Source: Acidobacteriota bacterium (lineage in GTDB: Bacteria > Acidobacteriota > Thermoanaerobaculia > Multivoradales > JAHEKO01). From it: 38,323 bases of DNA. The DNA is taken from contig JAOTUP010000001.1 of assembly GCA_029863825.1 (NCBI GenBank), positions 1-38,323 of the forward strand, given 5' to 3'. The position numbers and the translations under genes were made by a program. How positions within the stretch are numbered: position 1 is the first letter of the stretch; every line of letters starts with the position of its first letter. This document shows, in pieces, positions 26,786 to 34,673 of this stretch. The notes under the pieces were generated by a model. The model saw nothing but the letters and a program-made list of their open reading frames with translations, had not been told where the DNA came from and made no database searches.

Positions 26786-28495
26786 TCAGTTGATATAGCC
26801 GAGCGCCTTGAGGTGCCGTCGCCTCACTTCGAGCTCCGCCGGAGTCAGGTCGTCCGCAGAGTCCACGTCTTCGACAGTTGGGGCAGGTGGTGTGTCTGCC
26901 GGCCGTATGGACGGATTGCTCCAGAAGGCGAACGCCTCGGTCGGAGTGTCGCTCTCCGCGCCGAGTTCGAGAGTGTCGACACACAGCTCGATCCACTGCA
27001 AGGCGAAGGAATCGAGAGCGAGAGTCTTTTCTTGCCATCTCCGGCCAGACAGATCGATGGTGTCTTCAAAGAGGCTCACCCAGTCCGTGGAAGCCTGAGG
27101 CCGAAGGCGCATGTGGAAACGCGCTGCGTATTCTGTACGCCCGGCGCTCGCTACGCGGCGCCGGTCGACACCGTAGGAGACCGTGAGCTGCGGTCGCAGC
27201 GGCAGCAGAAGCTCCCGGCAGTCGTTGTTGTCGACGAGGACCGTGCGCGTGGTCCGCTCCAGCATCTCCTCACGCAATGCGCCACGAGGCGCGAAGCCGT
27301 ACGTCCAGCGGTCGACGTGACGCTGATCGGGCCGAGGGCGTACCGGCATGGCATCTGGTCGGGGCAGAGCCGCTAATTGCGGACAGTGATCGAACGGATA
27401 CCGGCTGGGACGCACCGGATCGAAAGGCGGCACCCACTGCCATACGGTTTCTCCCTTGCGATTCACTTCGAAGGCGCGGCCACCACGCGAAGAGCCGATC
27501 AGGACGTTGCCGTTGACGAGAGGCTGCTCCACTCCCTGGGTCGGTGAATAGAAGCCGTCGGCCGTGAATTCCCAGACAAGAGAGCCTTGGGCGGGATCGA
27601 TCTCGAGAATCCGGCTGCGGCGGTACCGATAGGAGTTCCGATAGCCGTTGTCGAAGATCAGGATGTGGCCATGGCCAGGGTAATTCTGGGGAATAAGGAG
27701 TGCCTCGTGCTGCAGATCGAGATCCACGCCATACGACCAGACGACCTCTCCGGAGGTTCTGTCGAGAACGAAGATCTCGTTCAGGTTTCGGGCGCTGATG
27801 AGAAGGTTTCCCGGTCGAAAGCGCTCGTCGCCACCTCGGAACCGATCGTTGACAGGGATTTCCTGGAGAGAGTTGATGTGGGTCACATCGCCACGGTCGG
27901 CCTCGTATTCGTCGATGAACCGAGCGAGGTGCGTACCCGCCGACCATTTCCAGCGGATCTGCCCGTCGCTGTCGACCTCCCAGATCTCGTCAGTCGCGCT
28001 GCCGTTGGGCAGCACCGGAAAGAGCGTATTGCCATTTTCGAGCCGGATGACATCGTGATGCGGCAACCCGTCTTCGACCTCGAATCGCCAGGTGAGGTTC
28101 CCGGCCCAGTCGTATTCGACGATGGCGCGATCGAGCGCCAGGCCGAGAAGGGACCCATCAGTGAGAAGTCGGACGCGGGATTTGACTCGTGCCCCTGGCC
28201 ATGAGTGGACGATGCGTCCGTTCATGTCGATGAGTGTCGGTCGTCGGGCACCGTGAAGGACGAGAGTGTAACCGTTGTCCGCCTTCTCCGGATCGTAGGT
28301 CGTGACCCATGAGCGAGGATCGTCCGCGGCAAACTGCTGCTCGTCGGCCGAGTCGCCTGCCGACGCACCTGTTGTGTCGCGAGTTCTTGAGGGACCGCAG
28401 CAGAGGAGGGTGACGGCCGGCAGAGCGATGAGAAGAACGGAAATCCGGCCGCGGGCGAAGTGTAATGAAGCTGCGGACATCACGAGGACAACCAC
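26786..28495 (-). CDS. arylsulfotransferase (ASST)-like beta-propeller protein with extra C-terminal region
   Basis: 569 aa. Signal/lipoprotein-like N-terminus (..AVTLLCCG). HHDVIRLENGNTL, VTHINSL, NEIFVLDRTSGEVVWSYG and QHEALLIPQNYPGHGHILIFDNG match my memory of ASST-family propellers. About 180 further aa end ...LKALGYIN. Confidence 0.65.
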   Translation of the reverse strand: MVVLVMSAASLHFARGRISVLLIALPAVTLLCCGPSRTRDTTGASAGDSADEQQFAADDPRSWVTTYDPEKADNGYTLVLHGARRPTLIDMNGRIVHSWPGARVKSRVRLLTDGSLLGLALDRAIVEYDWAGNLTWRFEVEDGLPHHDVIRLENGNTLFPVLPNGSATDEIWEVDSDGQIRWKWSAGTHLARFIDEYEADRGDVTHINSLQEIPVNDRFRGGDERFRPGNLLISARNLNEIFVLDRTSGEVVWSYGVDLDLQHEALLIPQNYPGHGHILIFDNGYRNSYRYRRSRILEIDPAQGSLVWEFTADGFYSPTQGVEQPLVNGNVLIGSSRGGRAFEVNRKGETVWQWVPPFDPVRPSRYPFDHCPQLAALPRPDAMPVRPRPDQRHVDRWTYGFAPRGALREEMLERTTRTVLVDNNDCRELLLPLRPQLTVSYGVDRRRVASAGRTEYAARFHMRLRPQASTDWVSLFEDTIDLSGRRWQEKTLALDSFALQWIELCVDTLELGAESDTPTEAFAFWSNPSIRPADTPPAPTVEDVDSADDLTPAELEVRRRHLKALGYIN

Positions 28496-28500
28496 ACGAG

Positions 28501-29226
28501 CTACGGGAGGCGCCGGACTGTCGAGATCTCCACGGGCTCGAGCAGCATCTGTCCATCAGCCTCACGCCGGTGAATCGCCTTCACAACGTCCATCCCTTCG
28601 ACGACGCGCCCGAAAGCGGCAAACCCTTGACCATCGCTGTTGCGTGCGCCGGCGAAGTCGAGCTCGGGTTGGTCACCAACGCAGATAAAGAACTCCGACG
28701 ATGCGGTGCCCGGTTCGAGGCGTGCCATCGACAGCACGCCATCGAGGTGGTGAATGCCGGTGTCGCGAGTGGTTTCGTGCGCGATCGGGGGCGTCGATGA
28801 ATCGGCATCGAAGCCGAGACCGCCCTGAATGACCTCGATCTTGACCTCATTGTCGGGTTGGTTGTTCATCCGCACGACGCGGTAGAAGTGAGCTCCGGTG
28901 AAGAGCTCCTGATCCACATGGGTGAGAAAATTCGCCGCCGTGGCGGGTGCTGCGGTCTCGTAGATCTCGACGACGATGTCACCGAGATCGCTCCGCAAGA
29001 GCACGCGTGGATAAGTCTGTGCCGAGGTCGCGGCTGCGAGGTGCGTCACAGCAAAGAAAAGAGAGACGAGTACTGCAGCTCGCGGCGCCGGCCGTCCGAG
29101 ACGTCGAGAGGGCGCGGCGTTCACATGGCTTGGCGAGGGCAGATCGCCGCTCGTCGCAGCGTGCGGGCTGCGATTCTCAATCGAGATAACCGAGCGCCTT
29201 GAGACGATCGCGTTCTTTCTCGTCAA
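28501..29226 (-). CDS. secreted cyclophilin-type peptidyl-prolyl isomerase
   Basis: AANFLTHV, FYRVV, GVLSMAR, SEFFICVG and FGRVVEGMDVV. Signal peptide ends ...AATSA-Q. The ATG at 29226 overlaps the upstream gene by 50 nt. GTG 29124 (VNAAPSRR..) is a plausible alternative start. Confidence 0.8.
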   Translation of the reverse strand: MTRKNAIVSRRSVISIENRSPHAATSGDLPSPSHVNAAPSRRLGRPAPRAAVLVSLFFAVTHLAAATSAQTYPRVLLRSDLGDIVVEIYETAAPATAANFLTHVDQELFTGAHFYRVVRMNNQPDNEVKIEVIQGGLGFDADSSTPPIAHETTRDTGIHHLDGVLSMARLEPGTASSEFFICVGDQPELDFAGARNSDGQGFAAFGRVVEGMDVVKAIHRREADGQMLLEPVEISTVRRLP

Positions 29227-31399
29227 TGACTGCCTCTTCCTGGTCTTCGACTTTGGTCGGGTCGTTGTCGATCCACGATAGTACCTGCGAGCGCAACCAG
29301 TCGATCTCGATGTCCGGCTGTCCGGCCAGGTTGACCTGCTCCCGCGGGTCGCTGGCGAGGTCGAACACGTATTCGCCGTCCCGGGTGCGCCCGGTTCCTT
29401 CTCCCTGTCCCCACTGAGTGCCTCCGCGAGGAGCCCAAATGTACTTCAGATTGCCGGATCTGGCGAGGAAGATTCCGCCCTTGATGCTGGATGCGGCGAC
29501 GAATCGCACGTGCCCGGGGTCGACGAGTGACGTACACGACTCGATCTCGGGCCACAGCGACCGACCGTTCCAGGTCTCTGTGTCGGAATCTCCGAGGAGA
29601 GCCCGCAGCGTGTAGTGGATGTCGAGATGGTCACTTGGCGTGTCGAGCCGGCATGGCGAGAGTCGATTGGGCCACCAGAAGACTGCCGGGATATGGATTT
29701 GCTCTTCGTACAGCGTGTATCCGTGGAGCACGCCGCCGTGCTCGAAGAGCTCGTCGCCATGATCCGAGGTGGCTATGAACAGGGTTTCATCGGGCTCGTA
29801 CCGTGCTTCAAGCTCGCGCAAGAGCTCGGCGATGAGATCGTCGTTGTAGCGTACCGACGCGGCGTAGAGAGCGCGCAACCGCGCCCGATCTTCATCGGTC
29901 GCCTCCAGGCGACCTTGCTTGATGTCGCGAAGGATCGCCGTCGAGCCGCTGATGTTGGATTCGATGCCGGCCGTAAAGAGCTGCTCGAGTGAAGGTGGCG
30001 GTGCGTACGGGTTGTGGGGATGGAGCGTCTGGGCATAGATGAAGACCGGCTCCTCGGGAGAGAGGGCGTCGAGCCAGTCGAGCATCGCGCGGTGCACCTG
30101 CTCCGCGTTGTCGCTGTAGCCGGATGCCCCGAACCCGTGCGCGACGACCTCATCGGCGACGTGATCGAAGCCGCGATCGGTGCCGTACAGTGCCGACGCG
30201 AGGCCGTTCCCGGAAAACAGGCCAGTGCGGTACCCGGACTGCCTGAAACTCTCCGCCAACGTCAACTCTCCGCCAGGTTGCAGCTTCCAGCCGCCGTCGT
30301 AGCGAGGGGTACGGCCGAGAAACAGCGACTTGATAGAAGGGAAGGTATTCGGTGCGACCGAGTAGTGGTTCAACAGCGTCACACCGCCTTCGGCTAAACG
30401 GTCGAGGGTCGGGCTCACGCCCGGTGGTCCGCCGAGGTGACCCAGATGGTCTGCCCGCAGGGCGTCCATGACGTAGACGAGCACGAGTTTCGGTCGCCGT
30501 GACACTTGAGTTGCTGGCACTGGCAAGGCGATGGGTTGCACCAGTGTCGGACGTTGCCAGCGACCGGAGGGGCCGTCGCCAAAGGATGCAAACCGTAGCC
30601 GCACGAGACCTTCCCCGAGATCGACGCGAAGCGAACGGGTGCCACGGAGACGGTTCCAGAATCCCGGCCGCCAGCCGAAGATCTTCGTCGGATCGCTGCC
30701 CTGGCGCTCGATCCACAGCTCGAATCGCTGTTGGGGATGAGCTCCTGCGGGAGGCTCGAAGGACGTCTCGAACATGGTTCCGCTGTCAGTCATCAGGACA
30801 TAGTCAGCGAGTGAATAACCGGATTGGACGATGGACGAGTCGTCGGCCTCGACCTTGCCACCAGGCGCCACATGGCGAAAACCCGCGGTACGAACGGCGA
30901 TTTGCGTGTCGGCCGAGAGTTCGAGCTCGATAAGGAATCGTCCGAGCGGGAGATCCGTGGGCAGTTCGATTTCGAGAGGAAACGCAAGAGCCGTGCGGCC
31001 TGTCGAGCGTCCGCCGACAACGGCCTCTATCCAGGCATTCGAGGGAGACTTCAGAATCTCGCCATCGATGACCAAGCGGCGCGAGAGGTCGGAGATTCGG
31101 ACACCTTCGAGACGGGGCGACGGAGTGACAGAAACCAGGAGTACTTCACCCTCTCGCTTCCACGGCCACCAGCCACTGACGAAGCGATTCCCGTCTACAG
31201 CAGGGGGCGGCGCGACTTGTCGACTCTCGATCAGAATGTCGGGACGCCGGCCAGAGGATACGAGGGGTTCAACCACCGTACGCGCGGAGTCATTGTCACA
31301 CGCGGTGAACAGCACGATGAGCAGAGAGGCAACGAGCGTGTCACCTCTCCTCACGCATCGCCTCCACTCTGCCATCGAGATCGCATCACCTGATGTCAT
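29177..31399 (-). CDS. alkaline-phosphatase-superfamily 'sulfatase-like' lipoprotein with N-terminal ~300 aa extra domain
   Basis: Start moved to the ATG at codon 82 of ORF 29177..31642, which overlaps the upstream stop as ATGA. Lipobox-like LLIVLFTAC. Metal site VYVMDALRADHLG, NTFPSIKSLFLG, and a late TSDHGDELFEHG block. Ends ...LKALGYLD. Confidence 0.7.
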   Translation of the reverse strand: MTSGDAISMAEWRRCVRRGDTLVASLLIVLFTACDNDSARTVVEPLVSSGRRPDILIESRQVAPPPAVDGNRFVSGWWPWKREGEVLLVSVTPSPRLEGVRISDLSRRLVIDGEILKSPSNAWIEAVVGGRSTGRTALAFPLEIELPTDLPLGRFLIELELSADTQIAVRTAGFRHVAPGGKVEADDSSIVQSGYSLADYVLMTDSGTMFETSFEPPAGAHPQQRFELWIERQGSDPTKIFGWRPGFWNRLRGTRSLRVDLGEGLVRLRFASFGDGPSGRWQRPTLVQPIALPVPATQVSRRPKLVLVYVMDALRADHLGHLGGPPGVSPTLDRLAEGGVTLLNHYSVAPNTFPSIKSLFLGRTPRYDGGWKLQPGGELTLAESFRQSGYRTGLFSGNGLASALYGTDRGFDHVADEVVAHGFGASGYSDNAEQVHRAMLDWLDALSPEEPVFIYAQTLHPHNPYAPPPSLEQLFTAGIESNISGSTAILRDIKQGRLEATDEDRARLRALYAASVRYNDDLIAELLRELEARYEPDETLFIATSDHGDELFEHGGVLHGYTLYEEQIHIPAVFWWPNRLSPCRLDTPSDHLDIHYTLRALLGDSDTETWNGRSLWPEIESCTSLVDPGHVRFVAASSIKGGIFLARSGNLKYIWAPRGGTQWGQGEGTGRTRDGEYVFDLASDPREQVNLAGQPDIEIDWLRSQVLSWIDNDPTKVEDQEEAVIDEKERDRLKALGYLD

Positions 31400-33054
31400 T
31401 GCAGATAGCCGAGGGCCCGGAGTGCTTGCTCGGTGTCGGAAGTGGGTGATCGGGACCCGGGCTCGGCGACGAGAGTCCACCTCTTTTGCGCTAAATCCCC
31501 GGCTAAACGCTTGGTGAGCTCCGCGCGCTCTGAGGAGATATCGTGAGTAGCCGTCGCGTCCTTCGAGAGGTCGAAGAGCTCTGTCCGTCGCAAAGAGATG
31601 CCTCTGACCTTGAACGAAAGGCAGCGGCTGTCGTTGCCCCATCCGAGCCAGAGAGGAACATCGCAGCCACTGGTCGACAGGCGAACGCGGTGAGAAGAGC
31701 TGGTCGGCCCGAGTTGTAGACGCTTCGGCGTCCAGTCGGTTCCGACGATGAAGGCCTCGTCGTCTCTGCCGTCGATCGCCATCGTAATCTCTCGTGGCTC
31801 GCCAAAGCTGACCAGCTCGAGGTCCACGGTCGCTGCAGCGGTGTCGAAAACAGCCTCCTTGGCGACCCAGGTGCCGTCCGCTTCGGATAGACGCTCAGCC
31901 ACGACGTATTGAAGGAGCTGTCCGTCTTCGAGCGTAAACAGTGCCTGCTGCTGCTCCAGATCGACCATTTCGGCGAACGCTGGCACCGGCGTGAGCTTGC
32001 CCGAAGCCGAAAAGAGGGGCACCAGGCTGCGCCCGGAGATCGGCTCTGGAGAAGGGATTCCAGCGAGCTCGTAGAGGGTCGGCGCCACGTCGATCAGGCG
32101 AACCAGGTCGCCGACTCGGGTCCCGGAGAGCTTGGAGGGATGCAGAATGAGAAGCGGCACGCGCAGGGTCTCGGGGTAGACCTGCGAGTGGCTCAAGCGA
32201 CCGTGCTCGAAGAACTCCTCGCCGTGGTCGGAGGTGATGATAATGGTGACTTCGTCCCTGAGTCCCAGCAGATCGAGCTCGGCGAAAAAGCTCTCGAGGA
32301 CCGAATCGACGTAGCGCACCGTCCCGTCGTAGAGCTCGTGGTAGCGAGCAACGGTGTCGGCGGACACCTCTCGCCGGCGCATATTGATGTCGCGCAGGTA
32401 ACCACCCTCCGAGGGAGGAAGATCCGCGGAGTCGGTCGACAGATGCAGCGGGCGAAAAGGCTCAGGCGGGTCGTAAGGATCATGGATGGCGTAGGAGTGC
32501 AAGAAGAGGAAGAACCGCTCGTCCGATTCCAGAGAACGCAAGAAGTCGAGGCCGCGTTCGAAGGTCTTCTCGATGTCCGTGTCCGAACTGATTTGGCGAT
32601 CGACGAACTCGTCGAAACCGCGATTGAAGCCGAGGTCGGTGCAGACGTATCCTCCTTCAGTGTGGCCTGCGGTGCGAAAACCGTGACGGCGAAAGTGCTC
32701 CGGCAGCGTGTCGATCTCGAGTGACAACACACTGGACGGCACGTAGACGCCGTGCTCGCGCGGATAGAGGCCGGTGAAGATCGAAACGTGTGAAACGAGG
32801 GTTGAGGGATACTGAGCCAGCGCGTTCTCGAAAAGGACACCCCGGGACGCGAATTCATCGAGGAAAGGGCTGGTGTCGTGGGCGGCGCTGTAGGCTCCGA
32901 GGTGATCCGCACCGAGGGTGTCGAGCGAGATCAACACGTAGCCTCTGGTCGGCGGAAGGGAGATGCCCGGCGCGTCTTCGGCAGCGCGGGGAGAGCACGC
33001 GACGATGTGCAGGAAAAGCGGCAGAAGGAACAGTTTCTGGAGTGCGAAACGCAT
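31396..33054 (-). CDS. alkaline-phosphatase-superfamily 'sulfatase-like' lipoprotein
   Basis: 552 aa. Lipobox FLHIVAC, ISLDTLGADHLG, PSTLVSHVSIFTGLYP and TSDHGEEFFEHG. Ends ...LRALGYLQ. Confidence 0.75.
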   Translation of the reverse strand: MRFALQKLFLLPLFLHIVACSPRAAEDAPGISLPPTRGYVLISLDTLGADHLGAYSAAHDTSPFLDEFASRGVLFENALAQYPSTLVSHVSIFTGLYPREHGVYVPSSVLSLEIDTLPEHFRRHGFRTAGHTEGGYVCTDLGFNRGFDEFVDRQISSDTDIEKTFERGLDFLRSLESDERFFLFLHSYAIHDPYDPPEPFRPLHLSTDSADLPPSEGGYLRDINMRRREVSADTVARYHELYDGTVRYVDSVLESFFAELDLLGLRDEVTIIITSDHGEEFFEHGRLSHSQVYPETLRVPLLILHPSKLSGTRVGDLVRLIDVAPTLYELAGIPSPEPISGRSLVPLFSASGKLTPVPAFAEMVDLEQQQALFTLEDGQLLQYVVAERLSEADGTWVAKEAVFDTAAATVDLELVSFGEPREITMAIDGRDDEAFIVGTDWTPKRLQLGPTSSSHRVRLSTSGCDVPLWLGWGNDSRCLSFKVRGISLRRTELFDLSKDATATHDISSERAELTKRLAGDLAQKRWTLVAEPGSRSPTSDTEQALRALGYLQ

Positions 33055-33287
33055 GTTGATTGGAGCCTCGAGTCGGTGGTCATGCTACTACCGCGAGAGG
33101 GTGTGAAGCGACCGTCATCGACACGCACCGCGTCGCCATCGCATGAGGTGATTCCGACGCTACGGCGCCTGGGCGCGAGCCGTCGTCGAGACCGATATGT
33201 CCTGGGGACGCCGAACAACCTGCGAACTTCGGGAATCTCGGCTACGTAGTGGACTGTTGAAGAGGGGGCGAGAGGGCAGGTATCTCG

Positions 33288-34031
33288 ATGTTGGAAGACA
33301 GTTACACATGGAGCCGATTCGCCGGCGACAAGCCGAAGGCGCTTGGCGTTCATCTCGGACACGTCCCGTACATCGAGCCCGAGGACGAGAGCGGCAAGCG
33401 CCGAATGCGGCTTGCGATCGCTCTCGCCGCGATGTTCCATCTGGTCTTCTTCATCGTCCAGCTGCCTGCCGGCAGCAAGGTGCTGGAGGTCAGGTCCAAC
33501 CCGAGCAAGGTGTTCGTCGTGGAACAGGTCCGCTTCAAGGCGCCGCCGCCGGAGGCGCAGCAGCAGATTCCGAAGCAGAAAGAGAAGAAGCGAGTCATCC
33601 CCATCCCGGACCCGACGCCGGAAGAGCCGGAGCCGATTCTGGTCGACGAGGTGGAGGTGCCGGATCTCGAGTATCTGATCGGTGATGTTGTGTTCGGTAT
33701 TCCCGAAGGCCCTCCGGATCCGTACGGGTTGGGAGGCGAAGGCCCGGTTCGTCTCGGTTCCGACATCACGGCGCCTGTCAAGATTCACTATCCGTCGCCG
33801 AGATATACAGAGGAAGGCCGGCAGGCGCGGATCACCGGAGTCGTGATTCTCGAAGTGGTCATCGATCGCGAAGGAAACGTTGTCGGTGTCAAGGTACTCA
33901 AGGGTTTGCCGATGGGCCTCACCGAGTCGGCGGTCGAGACGGCAAGAGAGTGGAAGTTCAAGCCGGCCTTGCGCGGCGGCGAGCCGGTTGCTGTGTTCTT
34001 GAACCTGACAATCAGGTTTTCTTTGCAGTAG
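33288..34031 (+). CDS. TonB-family energy transducer
   Basis: N-terminal TM (LAIALAAMFHLVFFIV), a Pro/Glu/Lys-rich linker (PPPEAQQQIPKQKEKK..PDPTPEEPEP), and a TonB_C domain (ARITGVVILEVVIDREGNVVGVKVLKGL..AVETAREWKFKPA). Confidence 0.8.
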   Translation: MLEDSYTWSRFAGDKPKALGVHLGHVPYIEPEDESGKRRMRLAIALAAMFHLVFFIVQLPAGSKVLEVRSNPSKVFVVEQVRFKAPPPEAQQQIPKQKEKKRVIPIPDPTPEEPEPILVDEVEVPDLEYLIGDVVFGIPEGPPDPYGLGGEGPVRLGSDITAPVKIHYPSPRYTEEGRQARITGVVILEVVIDREGNVVGVKVLKGLPMGLTESAVETAREWKFKPALRGGEPVAVFLNLTIRFSLQ

Positions 34032-34130
34032 TGCTCTGAACGGCAACTTCCAAAGAGCGGGCAGATCGGGTGGGAGCTCTTGGCCAGCGGCCTTGCACCA
34101 GGAGATTAGTGAGACGGTCAGGCTGAGGTA

Positions 34131-34634
34131 TCAGTCGACAGCGTAGTACTTGGCCAAGACACCCCGGCCGGAGAATCGCCGGGCCAGCGCCTCCTGCGAG
34201 GCATGTCTGCCCGTGCGGTATCTCCATCTGGCGAATGTGCTGATGGGAGTGATGATCGTCTTGTAGAAAGAATCAAGCTTCGATGCTCGCTTCAAGAGTG
34301 CCTTGCCCTGACGTTCCGTGGCTCCGGGGTACAGATACCAGAAGAGGGACATCCCCAAGCCGAAGGCAAAGCAAAAGTCGGCACTCTCCGAGAACGTGTC
34401 CTTGTAGGTGCGAAAGAGCTCCATGAACCGTTCGGCGTACTGCTCGGTGGACAGTGTCGGGTCGATTCGCTCACCCTCTTCCGCCACGAGCCAACAGTTG
34501 AAGCCGAGACGGACGACGGTCTCTTCTTCGGCCGGATGAGTTTTCAGCCTTTCCTCCAGGGCGTCGATCGCCGCTGGATAAGACTCCGTGACTTCGAGTT
34601 CGTGTATCTCGGCGAGAGTCAGCACGAGCCCCAC
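34131..34634 (-). CDS. hypothetical protein (predicted all-alpha)
   Basis: 167-aa ORF with a GTG start and ordinary composition. No motif recognised. Confidence 0.45.
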   Translation of the reverse strand: MGLVLTLAEIHELEVTESYPAAIDALEERLKTHPAEEETVVRLGFNCWLVAEEGERIDPTLSTEQYAERFMELFRTYKDTFSESADFCFAFGLGMSLFWYLYPGATERQGKALLKRASKLDSFYKTIITPISTFARWRYRTGRHASQEALARRFSGRGVLAKYYAVD

Positions 34635-34673
34635 TCTACGAGAACTCGGACCGGGTGCTGGCCTGCTCCCGTG

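Noticed and set aside
31400-31642. 81-codon N-terminal extension of the 821-aa ORF 29177..31642
   Set aside because: It overlaps the 3' end of the upstream gene by 247 nt and is Arg-rich with no signal peptide. The internal ATG at 31399 gives an ATGA stop/start overlap and a lipoprotein signal straight away.
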